Positions 43,090-58,646 of a DNA stretch of 64,000 nucleotides are shown piece after piece (positions within the stretch are counted from its first letter, which is position 1; each line of letters begins with the position of its first letter). The notes below the pieces were generated by a model. It did no database searches and was not told the DNA's origin. It worked only from the letters and a program-made list of their open reading frames with translations. The DNA is from the human T2T-CHM13v2.0 reference genome, Homo sapiens: assembly GCF_009914755.1 (NCBI RefSeq), contig NC_060938.1; one strand, 5' to 3'. The translations under genes were made by a program, and so were the position numbers.

Positions 43090-43280
43090 AAACAGTTAGT
43101 ATATGGAAATTGAATATTTAAATACAGTATATTTATCCCATTGTGTTTTAATTACCCATTTACTTGCTTATCTTTTCCCATGAGACTGTTGGTCCCTGAG
43201 TCTGCTTTTTCACCTTTATCTCCATTGCGTAGCACATAGCCTGGCACATCATTGGTGCTCATATCTGTTGAATATGAGGG
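43090..43280 (+). mobile_element. L2 3' end
   Basis: 'tagcacatagcctggcacat...gtgctc...tgttgaat'. Confidence 0.6.
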
Positions 43281-44435
43281 TGAAATAGCCCCATGGCACA
43301 GAAAATCCAAAATGTTTATTTGACGTGTTTAGAAGGTGGGTAGGAACATTTTCTTGCTTTTTGCATGTGTGGGACATTTTTACTGACAAACTTTGTTTTT
43401 AAGGAAGCAATGATAAAGACAAATATAAAGAGGTTGAATAAGCTGAAAAAATAGTCAGTGTTGACAATGTTTCTCAAAATGTGGCCTGAAGACCACTAGC
43501 TTCCTCCCGACAGCATGCTTATGGTCCACATTGCAATTTTTTCTTTTTCACTCTGTGTCCTCTGTCCCCCAATCTTCTACAATTTATTAAGTTTAATTTA
43601 TTCTTGCTTCAAATCAAGGAAACCGTGTGGGGTTTTTAGTCTCCATTTTTAGAGGGAGAAATTGAGGCCAAATAAATGCAGTGGCTTGCCCTATCATGCC
43701 CCAGGAATCCCTGGACTCAGATGTGACTGTTTTTCAACCCCTGTTTTAAACATCCTGTTTGCTATTGGGCTCGGTGTCCCTTCCTGACCCATTTTGAAAC
43801 AGATGGAAGAAAGGTCAGCAAGGAGGAAGTGGAGATATATGGGTTTGTTTTCTGGAAAACAAATGTAACTCAAGGATTTTTTTGTGTGTATTTTACTAAT
43901 ATGATCTTCAAAAATACCCACCAGGATCAACAAATATTTATATTGCGAACACGAAATGGCTCATCCTCAGAGATACCAGCTGTTCGTAAATTGTACCCAG
44001 AAAATAAAAGTATAAGATGTATATTTCTTTACAGAAACATATAATTTGTTTCTCTTTTCATCCTTTTAGTCTCTTCTAGATAGGCTATAGAATTATTTTG
44101 CTTGGCAAATTATGGAATAATTCTTGGCAAGCTTACAAAAAGAGAAGTTAAAGTAGAAAAGGATTAATTTCTAGACATAAGAATTTTGCTCTAAATCACA
44201 GTGGAGTTGAGCATGATATTTTAAGAATTAGCCATGATGAAAATTTGTTGTTGTTCCATCCGCTAAATGGTTGCTAAAAATGTGATAATATCTGGGGAAG
44301 GGTTCCCTTTATCTCTCCTCTCTCCCCTCCCTCCCCTTTCTCTCCTATCTTCTCCTCTTCTCTTTTTAAAATTTATTTCCAAGAATGCTCCATATATTAA
44401 GAAAAAACACCTATCAGGGTATTTGGTTGGAGTAA

Positions 44436-44755
<320 letters not shown>

Positions 44756-44881
44756 GAACATCTTGTCCTCGATCCCACTTGGAGAACCCATTTGTGTGTG
44801 GCCCTGGGCAGTTAGGCTGCTTGATGCCTTTCAGCTTGCACTAAGCCACTCATGCTTTACATCCCGAGTTCCATATTTTAT

Positions 44882-45548
44882 TTTATTTTTTTCCTTCAAA
44901 CTTTTATTTTAGGTTCAGGGGGGTACATGTGCACTTTTTGTTACATGGGTAAATTGCATGTCACTAGGGTTTGGTGTACAAATTATTTTGTCACCCAGGT
45001 AGTAAGCATACTACCTGATAGGTAGTTTTTTATCCTCATCCTCCTCCCACGCTTCACCCTCAAACAGGCCCCAGTGTCTTTTGTTGCCTTCTTTGTGTCC
45101 ACGTGTACTCAGTGTTGAGCTCCCACTTATAAGTGAGAACATGTAATATTTGGTTTTCTGTTTCTGCGTTAGTTCACTTAGGATAATGGCCTTCAGCTGC
45201 ACCCATGTTGTTGCAAAGGACATGCTTTCATTCTTTTTTATGCCTCCATAGCCATCCATGGTGTATATGTACCACAATTTCTTTATCAAGTCCACCTTTG
45301 GTGAGCATCTAGGTTGATTCCGTGTCTTTGCTATTGTAAATAGTGCTGTCACAAACATACGTGTGCATTTGTCTTTATGAGAGAATGATTTATATTTCTT
45401 TGGGTATATATCCAGTAATGAGATTGTTGGGTCAAATGGTAGTTCTGTTTTAAGTTCGTTGAGAAATCTCCAAACTGCTTTCCACAGTGACTAAACTAAT
45501 TTACATTCCCACCAGCAGTGTCTAAGTGTTCCTGTTTTCTGACCTCCA
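44882..45548 (-). mobile_element. 5'-truncated L1 (old L1PA/L1PB) with TSD
   Basis: Antisense L1 3' end; ORF 45011-45358 resembles the L1 ORF2 C-terminus (MFVTALFTIAKT...); perfect TSD GAGTTCCATATTTTAT at 44866-44881 and 45549-45564. Confidence 0.92.
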
Positions 45549-45729
45549 GAGTTCCATATTTTATACTTTCAGTGTCTTGGTAGGAGTGAGGGGTGTGGAG
45601 TGTCCTTTGGCTGGAGATGGGATGGTGATGAAGGAGATGACAAATATTTCACCACTAATAATGTCAAAATGGAGGTGAAATTTTAAGTTTTCAATCAACA
45701 TTTTTTGAAGTTGCTTGCTTAGATTTACT

Positions 45730-46240
45730 TTTTTTTAGAGAACTTTTAAAATTGATGCATAATATTTTACATACTTATGGGGCACCTGTGAGTGTTTGTT
45801 ACATGCATAGAATGTATAATGATTGAGCCAGGGTATTTGGGGTATCCATCAACTTGAGTATTTACCATTTTTATGTGTTGGTATCATTTCAAGTTCTCTC
45901 TTTTAGTTTCTTTGAAATATACAAAATATTCTTAGTATAGTTACTCATTAACCAACCTCTCTTCATTCCTTGGCTTCCACTCACCCTCTCTTTCATTTCC
46001 AGTCTCTGGTTATGTATCATCCTATTCTTGATCTAGCAGAGATCAACTGTTTTAGCTACCACATATAAGTGAGAACATGTAATATTTGTCTTTCTGTACC
46101 TGGCTTATTTCACTTAACGTAATGGAACCTCCAGTTCCATCCATGTTGCTGTTAATAACAGGATTTCATCCTTTTTATGGCCAAATACTATTCCATTGTG
46201 TACATATATCACATTTTCTTTATCCATTGTCTGTTGATTC
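45730..46240 (-). mobile_element. L1MA 3' fragment
   Basis: 'acatataagtgagaacatgtaatatttgtctttctgtacctggcttatttcacttaac'. Confidence 0.85.
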
Positions 46241-47544
46241 AATGAGCATTTAAAAAAAAAATTTAGTAACTCAAGAAAGTAGGACCTAAACTCAGGGACC
46301 TCACAGTTTCATTCTTTTCTGCTGGTTTTATGATTTCCTGGACCAGAGTTGCAGTAAAATGAATATACAGTTGACTTTCCTCCATGGGTATCTGGAGGAA
46401 AACAAATGAATCATAAAAGAGTTTTTCTATTATTGCATGAAAAGTACTAAAATACTACAAAGTGCTGCTCTGTTTTATAGAGGGAACCATGAAGTAGTAG
46501 TCTTTATGATGAGGTTTCTTGGAATTTTTTTAATGCAAGAGGATCTGAGGATGCAGATTGGATGTAAGTTATTAAACATCAAGACCATGGCAATAAAGAT
46601 GCCACTGTTCTTTTGATAATGCACAGACCTTTGTACTTTTGTGTGTGGGCTTTCCTTTCAGAAGATAAATATATTTTTAAAACTTTGACAAATGAAGAGT
46701 GTTTTGACTGTTTGTGAGTTAAGGCAAAAAAGAATGATGGCATGAAATCAGTAATGTGCCCAGTGATTGATTCCACACTCATGTTGAGAATAAACCCATC
46801 TTAAGATGTTCCTTTTAAAAAAGTTTTTCCATATAATATATTCAAAGTCTTATAGGTCAGTATTTTTTATTTTACTTCTAATAAATTTTCTCTTGTAAGA
46901 TATTTTTTGTTAGCTGCTGTTCCTTGGAATAATGTTTAAAAAGGGATTTGCTACATATGTATGAGATTTAAATATTTTGAAGTTTTCCCATCTTTTTTTC
47001 TTCTTGAAAGTCAAAACACCTCTGAAGATCAAAGAAATCTCTTTTCCCGATTATCCAGGAGTAGAATTTGGGATTTTATCTCAGGAGAAGTACACTTAGA
47101 AAATGTAAAAAGAAAAACAACAAAAGTCCCAGCTGGAGTGAGAAAAATCAATCCCTCACAGACGTTTTTGTCTGTGGCCAATTGGTGACTTTCCAACAGG
47201 GTCTGTCTTTTGAAATCTGGTTTCCTCTCTCCCAAATTAAACCCTGGTTGTATCTTAAAAAGAAAAGTCTCCACCATTCTGTCTACCATGACTCTCTATA
47301 AACTTTCCTTCATGAAGGAAAGGGAGAGCATTTTGAGAGTCTTGCAATAGTCAACATGGTGATTTCACAGTTGAGTTTACATTCTCTGCATTCTCTCCCG
47401 TAATATTTCTTTTACCTAAAGCAAATCCTATATTGAAACCTCAATAGCATCAGAAATCTTTCTTAAAAACAAGAAGTTTCGGTGACTTTTGATTATAACA
47501 CAATATAACATTCACATAGTGTTCACAAGTGGCTACTTAAATTT

Positions 47545-47695
47545 ATTTTTCATTTTTTTATGATTAAAACATTGTTTTCAGAGACAGGGTCCCACCATGT
47601 TGCCCAGGCTGGTCTTGAACTCCTGAGCTCAAGTAATCCTTCTGCCTTAGCCTTCCAAAGTGCTGGGATTACAGGCGTGAGCCACCATGCCTGGC
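47545..47695 (-). mobile_element. FLAM_C monomer
   Basis: Single antisense arm; TSD CACAAGTGGCT at 47524 and 47695. Confidence 0.85.
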
Positions 47696-48949
47696 ACAAG
47701 TGGCTTTTAAGGTTCATAATATTAACCACACAGGTGATCTGTTTGGTTCATCACACTTTGATCTAGTGAAATAGTTGAGGATATTCAGTTATGAGGAGAA
47801 GACAAACCAATACAGATGAAGAAAAAAGTAAGCAATCTATTGGTATGTATCATGTGCATTTTTGGTACCTGCCAATTTAGAAGGCACTATGGCAAATAAA
47901 GCAGATGACATAGCCCCTGTGTACAGAGAACTTGGAGTCTGGAACAAGATGCAGAGGCAAAATGGTATTCCATTGTTCAGAGGCAGAGGTCTCGGCTGCA
48001 GTCACAAAAACTAACAGAAAGAGAGATGAAGGCAGGAAGACATATATAACTGTGAAATATTAGAGTCTTTTTTAGCATAACACTCTTTCAATTTTATTTT
48101 TCGAAAGTAATAGTCACCTCATTTTGCTTTTAAAATGGTTGTGGCTTCGTTTTGGCCTTGCCATGAGGTGATCCCCTTGCATTCCATATCTATCTCCCAA
48201 GGACCCAGGAGCTTAGATCATGAGTGTTTGCAAGTATCACCATAATTATTACCTTGCTCACTGGATAGGTTTGCCTTGCTGTAGGGCAGGTGAGGGGTTA
48301 GGGGAGACCACCGTTATCAGAAGTGCTTAGCTGCTTAGCCAGTGGGGAAGGCTTAGAGGCCTGACTATGTGCTTTACCTATCCAGGTAGCATCAGGGGTG
48401 TGATTCTCTAGGGGTGGGGAGATTCAGCATCTTTATCTCAGACCCAACAAGTTTGCTATCTGTGTCTTTTGGCTAAGGATTTTTCTCCTCTCAAAAATCT
48501 TTGAAAACTCACCAGGGTTTACCTGGCTAAGAATACCTGACTAGAGGGATAAGCATTTGCCTCCTTCATTAGGGTACTCAGCGATGTTGTCCTATAATTC
48601 CTCTGGAAGTCCCCGGTTTCCTAGTTCGACTGCTCCAACAGAGATGCTCAGGGAGCCCAAATGGCCACACAGTCATTCCTGCAAGAACAGCAGAACAAGG
48701 ATAACAATGAGCAGCCCAGGAACAGCTGGAAGAGGAGAATGCCACATGTATTAAATCTCTGAGGATAGAAAAAATAAAGAGGAGGATCACATAGGAACCC
48801 CAAAGTGAAAGACATCAGGGCAGACACACTGAAATATGCTAGTTCACTTAGGACAAAGCTGTTTCTCACATGAATATTTCTAGGTAGGATGCTCCAGGGT
48901 GGGTAGTCCCAGGTACATACAGATTTAATGAACACTAATCATTTTTTAA

Positions 48950-49578
<629 letters not shown>

Positions 49579-49621
49579 AGAATGGCCTAGTGGGCTAACT
49601 GGTCTCTGCATGAATAAAATC

Positions 49622-49647
49622 GTGTGTGTGTGTGTGTGTGTGTGTGT
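49622..49647. repeat. (GT)n microsatellite, about 13 units
   Basis: Seen directly. Confidence 0.95.
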
Positions 49648-50782
49648 TTTACTGTATTGCTGAACAGCAATAGCCACACAAACTATTCTATTGCCCCTAC
49701 TGAAGAAACAACCAACCAACCAAATAAAAAGCTAATAAGGACAGCTAGCCGGATTCTCACCAAACTTGAGAATTACTGGGGCCCAGAGGTGGGCCTTGGT
49801 GAGACTGGCAATTCTTCACAGAAGGTTTAGTGAGAATTTTGTGACTAAACATACTTACCAGCTGCACTCTGTGTGGTGTACTCTAAGGTAACATGAGCAA
49901 TGCATTAATTTATTGCTGGTTAGAAGTTCTTGTCAGTGAGGTGGGAAAGGCCAGCTAGTGTTTTGATATGCCAACAGCCACGTAGATCCCTCACACTGGG
50001 ACAGGCCGGTAGGAGAAGAACAAATTAAATTCATTCTCTTTTCCAGCCTGCACTGAGATTCAACCCAGATGCCTCGGTCTGTTGACCACAGTCTGTGTGC
50101 CCCAGTGCCTTGGTGGGGAGAAGGCACGTTGCTGGAATCGCTTGAGGGATGGAAATGGCCAGGGGTTTTGGAATAAAGGATATTTGCAGTAGAATGAAAA
50201 TGATTGTTGACTTGCTTTGCTAGTTTTTCTCAATACTTAAATAAGAATATGGGTGTTTTTAACTGATTTTAAAAGTTTGGAGGAAGAGGAGCCTCACTAG
50301 GCACGCTGTTTACAGCGTTAATTTCCTGGGTACCATTGTTCTTCCTCAGAAAACCCAGATGATACAAACAAAATGACCATTTTTTTTTTCACTGTTGCTG
50401 AGAAAGAATTTGATTTGTAACAAGAAGTATACTCCACTTATAGGTGACATTTTTATTTTTGTTTTTCCCATTATACAAGTAATTTTATAGAAACCTGAAA
50501 AATTTTGAAAAGTATAAAGAAAACAATACAAAAATGCTCCTCTCACCATTCAGTGATGTACAAATATAACGGAAACTCATTATTTTCTTGAGTCTTTTTT
50601 TTCCTCTACAAATGTAAATATATTTAGGAGTTGAAATTATAAATATTTGTGTTCTTTTTCACTTGACATAGCATAAACATTTTACTATGGTTTATACATT
50701 CATACATTTACAGAATATAATCTGCTATAATATACCCATTCTTTCCCTTGTTGTTGGACTTTGAAATTTTATCTATTTCCTA

Positions 50783-51160
<378 letters not shown>

Positions 51161-51579
51161 AAATCACTATTTGACATGCATAGTAAAATAATCAGCTACA
51201 AGGAGGAGCTGAAATTTAACAAAAGTTATTTCATGACCCTTTGTCTTGTATTCAGAAGCTCTTCACTGAAGTAGAGTTGTGCTGTGTGTCTTGAATAAAG
51301 CAACAAACAGTTGTGTGCAAATAACTTTTTTTTTTCTGGTCATGGACTGTTTGAGTTATTAGACACAACAACGGTGGACAATGGACATCAAGACAAAAGC
51401 CCACTCTTGCACTCCAAATCATGATACGTTCTTCCTCAAATTCAGGAAAAGCCATCCGATGGTATTTATTCTTATAGTGGCATTTGATTCCTTAATAAAT
51501 GAGCTTTTTCCACAAAAATATTTCAATAAGAAATGTTGCCTGAAGTGCTGATGACACTGATGAAATTACAAGAGACTTG

Positions 51580-52470
51580 TATTTATTTATTTTTAGATTT
51601 CTATTATGAAAAAATTCAATTGATAGAAAGTAAACGGAATAGTATAATGACACTTATGTACCCTTCATCCAACTTCAACTATTATCAATAGCCTGCCATT
51701 CCCACTTCATCCATACTTTTACCCACTCCCCACACCTTCTACTTGATACACCACCTATGTAACTCCTATCCCAATCATGATATAAAACATTTCCATCTCT
51801 CCAGAAAATTCCTTCATGTCCCTTCCCATGTAATTCTTCTGCCCATCCCCCTGTCCCAAGAGGCAACCGCCATTCCCATAAGTCTTACCTGAGATTTGTC
51901 TTGCCTATGTCTTAATGTCATGTAAATTGAATGATATTGTATATACCCTTTTGTGTCCAGCTTTTTCCACTAACATTATGTCTGTGAGATTCATCCGTGT
52001 GGTTGTGTGTATTGGTAGACTGTTCATTTTTATTGCCAAGTAGTAGTCTATTATAAAAATAGATCATATTGTGTTTACTCACTCAACGACTAACTGGTAT
52101 TTGGATTATTCCCAGTTTGGGGCCATGAGCATTCTTGTATAAGCCTCTGTATGAAGACATGTTTTCAAATTCTCCTCCTAAATATGTAGGGGTAGAGTTT
52201 CTGGGTCAAAGGGTAGATATATTTTAAGTTTATAAGAAACTGCCAATGTTTTTTCCATTTCTGCCAACCACACCTGACAGTTCCGGTTGTTCTTCATCCT
52301 AGCTAACATTTGCTGTTGTCAGTCTTTTTAATTTTAGCTATTCTACTGGGTGTGTAGTGGGTATCTTGTTGTAGTCTTGTTTTGCACTTCTGTGATGACT
52401 AACAATGTCAAGCATTTTTTAATGTGGTTATTGTCCACTTAACTTTTTTTGTGAGATGTCTGCTCAAGAG
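51580..52470 (-). mobile_element. L1ME-type 3' fragment
   Basis: 'catttccatctctccagaaaattcc', 'gtgagattcatccgtgt', 'gtcagtctttttaattttagc', 'gatgactaac'. Confidence 0.8.
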
Positions 52471-53249
52471 ACACTTATTTTTCAGGATCTGCTGAAGTAA
52501 CCTCATGTCCTAGGTACTGTTTCTTTGGTTATGCCGGCGCACAGGATAAGAAGTGCATTTCTCAGTGTAGGGTGCATAGGAAAGTTCTGCAGGGTCACAG
52601 ATTGCCTCTGCGCTTTATTATAGATTTCTCCTCTATTTGTGGCCCCTCTTTCAACTCTCTGGTATGATTCATTTCCTGCTACTTGCTTTCTGGACTTCTC
52701 CCTTGGCTGGGATTGTGATTCCCTTTGCCTTTTCTCTGTCTGCTTAGGGCAAGGTTTAATGGGAAGAAGCCATTACCAAATTCCTTTTGCTTTGTGGTTT
52801 TAACTCATAATGTGTCAGCATCTCCAAAGCTCCACTGAGAACTTAGGATCCCTTTCTAACCCAGAGTCATGAGAACTAAAAATATCTCAAATAACTCTAT
52901 TTTGAAACATTGGAATTGAGTCAAGAAGTAATATATTTTGGGACTGCCAAGTGACTCCAACATTATTCATAGGAACTTAAGAGCATTTGGAGAAAGGCTG
53001 TGATTTATATCTAAATCACAGTGCTTATGTGATAAGCTAAATAAGGTTCCTCAAACTCTATGGTAAAAGACAAGAATGTTTTACAATTTCCAATAAATTA
53101 TGGACCAATAGTTTTAGAAATAAAAGTGTTGCAGTGATGTTGACTTGCTAGAAAGGTTTCTATACATACACTTTCACTTTCTCCACAGAGACAGCTAATA
53201 GTTTGTAGACTGGCACCAGCCTGTGGGTCACTCTTTGAGCAACCTTGAT

Positions 53250-53540
53250 TCAGAGCACTGAATCTGGAGCCAGACTGTTTGTGTTTGAATGCTGGCTCCA
53301 TCATTGTTGGCTGGGTGGTCCTTTTTTTTTTTTTTTTCTCATCATTCAACTTGAAAGCTGGGTGGTCTTAAGGGAGCTTTTTGATTCGGTATTCTCATTT
53401 GTAAAATGGAGATGATGATAATAACAATGCCTGCTGCACATATTGTGGTGAAGATTAAATGAGTTCATATATGGAAAGTGCTTACAAGAGTGCCTGGCAT
53501 ATAGTAAGTGCATGATAAGCTTAGCTGCTATTATCATTGC
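53250..53540 (+). mobile_element. MIR
   Basis: 'ctggagccagactg', core 'ctcatttgtaaaatggaga', tail 'agtgcctggcatatagtaagtgc'. Confidence 0.85.
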
Positions 53541-54180
53541 CATATCCTAAATCCCAGGACACTTGCAGTTATAGCTATCAGAAATCCAGTTCAAGTTACT
53601 TAAACAAAAGGAATTTATTGGTTAGTTGTAACCAGGTGCTCATATGATGCTATCTAAGTCTGAGACTCCTTTTTCTTCTATGTTGGCTCTATTCTTACAT
53701 GGACTTTCCCTATAGGTGTTGAGGTGGCTGGCAGTGCTCCAGCTTACATCTTACCAGTTCACAACCCAGTGGAATGAGAGTCTCATCTCTTACCTTTCCA
53801 AAGTTGTGGTTGTTACTTTCATTGGCTTGGCTTGGTTCTTGTCATGAGCCCACCAAAACCATAACAACTAAAAATTCAGAAGAGGTACTCCTCTTAAGAA
53901 AAGTGCAGTGCTGTTACCAGAATAAGAGAGAATGATTTTTTCTTTCAGATGACTGGGGAAACATGTTAGAATCTACTGGCTTTTTGGAATAAATAATGGT
54001 TTTGATCAATGATGGAGCTCTTAGGAAAAGATGTCCCAGAAGAAGAGAATACCATTTCTTTCCTGGGAGAAACTTCTAGCCTATGTGGTAGAAGGATGTG
54101 GGGGACAACTTAATGAAAACCATGATTTGGGCCTTCTAAAATGTGGTCTTCTTATCAGCAGGATATGGTGCTTTGGAAAC

Positions 54181-54566
54181 TGTCTTAGTCTGTCTTGGAT
54201 ATAGCAGAATACCCAAGAATGGGTAACTTAGAAAGAACAGAAATTTATATTCTTACTATTCTGGAAGCTGGAACATCCAAGATCAAGGTGCCAGCATCTG
54301 GTGAGAGCTTTCTTGCTGTGTCCTCTGGAGAGGAGGAATGCCATATCCTCACATGGCAGAAGGAGAAGAGAGAGAGAGAGAGAGAGAGCGCAAGAGATAG
54401 CACAAGAGAGAGTGCAAGAGAGACCTCTCTCCCTTCATCAAGCCTTTTATAACAGCATTAATCTAAACATGTCCCATTGGGCTTCACCTCCCAACAGTGT
54501 TGCCTTGTACATTAAGTTTCCAGTTTCTGACATGTGAATTTCTGAGGGACACATTCAAGCCTAGCA
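54181..54566 (-). mobile_element. MST-family solo LTR with internal (GA)n
   Basis: 'tgtcttagtc', 'ccaagatcaaggtgccagca', 'cctcacatggcagaagg', ends 'cacattcaagcctagca'. Confidence 0.85.
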
Positions 54567-55638
54567 GGTATATTTTTAAAAAATGACTTAATAAAATTAG
54601 CCAACATGAACCAGAAGAGCCTAACCTCTTACCAATAAGAAACTTAAGTAGATTAAACGTGGAAAATCTGAGTCCAGTGGCCATAGATGGAACACCTGCA
54701 ATGTGAGGGAAAAAAAGGCATGGATGTTTTGCTCAAATCAAATGAGAAGGTGAGTGGGTGCCCCTTCCATTGCATCATTTGTTGGGACATTCTGTGCTGA
54801 GAACTCTATAGATTCTTTCAATGATGTGATGGAGGAAATGATTGGGGTTGTGAATGTTCTCATTTGTGCCCTTAATGCTTGCCAGGTTGTGAGAGGTTGG
54901 GAAGAAATTAGTTGATGTAGGATATGGAAACTTAGTTTATTTCTCTGCAGGCAGATGGCTAGGTCATGGAAACTTGTTGGAAAGATGGGACCCTTTGAGC
55001 TGCTTTCTTAGATCAAAGGCTTTTTTGAGTTTAAGGGGCTCTCAGAGACCCAATTTATTGGATCCCAGAGACTCACTGGACTGTACTTCCTTACTGAGGA
55101 GTGAAGACATCTAAACACATTCATTCTGAAACTGCAGAGAAAAAAACCCCAAGCCTAAGTGATATGGTTAAAGGAGTATAGGTGTTCACATTCACACCAC
55201 AGGTAACTGGATACTTCACTGATTTTTAGTGGCTGAGCTGCTCTGAGCTCCCCAGAATCACAAGATTTGAAGAACTGTGTGGGCATTTAATAGAGGCAAA
55301 GCCCCTTTTGCAGATCAATTTTGCAAATTTTGATCCATGTGAATCTTACTTTAAATTTTTGTAGCTGTCTATTGGAGTTCTGTTATAACCTCAGAATGAT
55401 CAAGTATTCATTTTTAAGATACCTTACTTTAAAGAAGAAGTGCTTAATTGAATTCCAATTCTGTTCACTAGGATGAAAAGTATCTTCAGAGTTTTGGAGA
55501 TGAGTGTGTGAATTTCAAATAATCTAGAAATGCGGCCAAACTTTAGGAAATGTTTGCATCAATCTGGCTTTGTGGTGCAAACTGGCAGTTATGAATTTGA
55601 ATATTCACTGCTACAATAGCATTAGAAACATGATATTG

Positions 55639-56020
<382 letters not shown>

Positions 56021-56034
56021 TTAAGCATGATTTC

Positions 56035-56210
56035 AGAACCCGTGCAAATCAAAGTGTGATCCAGAGAATCAGTATCATAGGCATAATTCAGCTTGTCAGA
56101 AATGTAGAATCTCAGGCTACCCTCTCTTCCCCTAGACCTACAGATTCAGAACTTGCATTTTAACAAGAGTTCCAAGTAATTCCTGTGCACATTAAAGTTG
56201 AGAAACGTTA
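56035..56210. mobile_element. MER5A
   Basis: 'agaaatgtagaatctcaggc', 'gcattttaacaag', 'tgcacattaaagttgagaa'. Confidence 0.75.
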
Positions 56211-57489
56211 GTGTATGCTTTTTTTCCCTTTCACCATCAGACACCAGAGATGATGATGAAAATTAGATTTTTCTGTCCTACCTGAGACTTTCATTCTGAG
56301 TTCTTCATAATCTCCAGGGGATTCCGCTGAATGGTCTGATTTTACTATTCAAACTAGAATCTCCAGTTAGTCTCTTAAATGGGGATTCTTATTCTTTGAT
56401 TAAAATCATTAATGAATAGTCCAATATCCCTGTGTGCTTTTTTTTTTTTTATCTAGGCAATATTGATAGAGCTGATTTTATCTTACTGCCAAGATTACAT
56501 GGTTTCAAATAGTCAACAAGTAATATTTTACTAGTGTTATCAACAGAAACTCATGTGACTCCCCTCTTTCCTACACACACACACATTCATGGATTTCTGA
56601 CACAATAGTCACCAATGGAAAAAAATTGGGCTGTTTTGGCCACCATGAAACTTCTTTGATCATAGCTATTTAGATACATGTATTATCTTTGCTCCTAGAT
56701 TCTATGGGAGATAAACACATTTTATTAAGTTACCAATTACTATAGATAACCTGAGAAACAAATTATTAAAGATCTTGTAGAGCACAAGTTCTGGAGACTC
56801 AAAGCTGGAAAGGAAGAAATTGCATTGCATGTGTGTGTGTCGGGAACAACTTTGCTGAGATTTGAGATTTGTGCGGAAAAACAGGGAACTGAGCTGGCTA
56901 CCGGGAAGTACATTTCAGACAGAGGAACCATGAGTACAAACTCAGAAGAGGATAAGCACGGTGACTGTTCCTGGAATAAGAAGCACTCTAGTTTGGCATC
57001 TGCACTTATTTAGTTTATATATGCTAAGTACCTATGAGGTTTAAGGCTTAGAAAGTAAGTTAGGCTATAGTTTGGAGAGTAAGATGAGGAGAGGAATCTG
57101 GACTTCATTATTTGGGCAATTAGGAACTGGAAGTTTTAGGGAGAAACATGACCATATCTCTGTCTTTGGAAGATTTATCTGGCAAAAGGACTTTGGAGGG
57201 ATGGGAGGTGTGAATAAATGGAAGAAGAAAAACATGGGGAGATTATAGAGGCAGTGGCAATGGGACTGGAAAAGAGGGAACAGATGGGAGGTCCACCAAG
57301 GATTTGAACTGTTATGGTGGTAGTAGGAATAAAAAGAACAGGGAGAAAGTGAAAATTCTAACAGAGATTCAATCTATAGAACTTGATGATCTCTTGGGTC
57401 TTTAGGGCTAAGGATTTTGAGATGATACCTCTCACCTTCCCATTCATCCAAATTATCTCTGGATGAATGAGAAAATAGTGACACCATTA

Positions 57490-57807
<318 letters not shown>

Positions 57808-58113
57808 GTCAAATCAGGGAAAGACTTTTTTAGTTTGAGGTAATATCATTACTTAGAAAATGATGGGTGGAAATGTTTAGTTGCCAGATAAAAATGTGAG
57901 TCTGGAGCCAAGAAGTTACGTACCCAAAATACAATAACCGAAGCCATAGCAGGGGAGGAACTCATCTAAGGAGGAAGTGTTAGGAAATAGAAATGGAACA
58001 ATGATGAAAGTTAGGGGCCATCTACATTTAGGGGTGAATGGAGGAGAAAGAATCTTCAAGGTAATCAGAGAGAGACCGGAAAGGTGGGAAGAGAATTAGG
58101 CACTACTATTTTC

Positions 58114-58120
58114 TGTTTTG

Positions 58121-58151
<31 letters not shown>

Positions 58152-58429
58152 CAGAGTCTTGATGTTTCACCCAGGCTGGAGTGAAGTGGTGTGGTCTTGG
58201 CTCACTGCAACCTCCCCCACCTCGGGTTCCAGCGATTCTCCTACCTCTGGCTCCTGAGTAGCTGGGACTACAGGTATGCGCCACCACACCCAACTAATTT
58301 TGTATTTTTACTAGAGACGGGGTTTCGCTATGTTGGCCAGGCTGGTCTCGAACTCCTGACCTCAGTTGATCCACCCACCTCGACCTCTCAAAGTGCTGGG
58401 ATTACAGGTGTGAGACACCGCACCCGGCG
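58114..58429 (-). mobile_element. AluS
   Basis: Long poly-T; TSD GGCACTACTATTTTC at 58099-58113 and 58430-58444. Confidence 0.92.
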
Positions 58430-58646
58430 GGCACTACTATTTTCAAAAATCAGACAGAACCTTTCCAGATGAAGCAGGTAAGCAACGGTGTTAAACGGTA
58501 TAGCAAAACAGAAGAATCGAGCATGAGGAAAGGCTGTCAGAGAGAAAAGGCAGGTAAGTGGCTCCCAGTGACCATGAAGGGAAATAGTTTCAGGAGAGCA
58601 GTAGGAACTGATGCCAGGACACAAAGCTTCACACAGTAACTAAGTA

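Noticed and set aside
56249-56305. C/D-box snoRNA-like motifs (ATGATGA...CTGA...CTGA)
   Set aside because: Too short (about 55 nt), weak terminal stem, and no recognisable rRNA antisense guide
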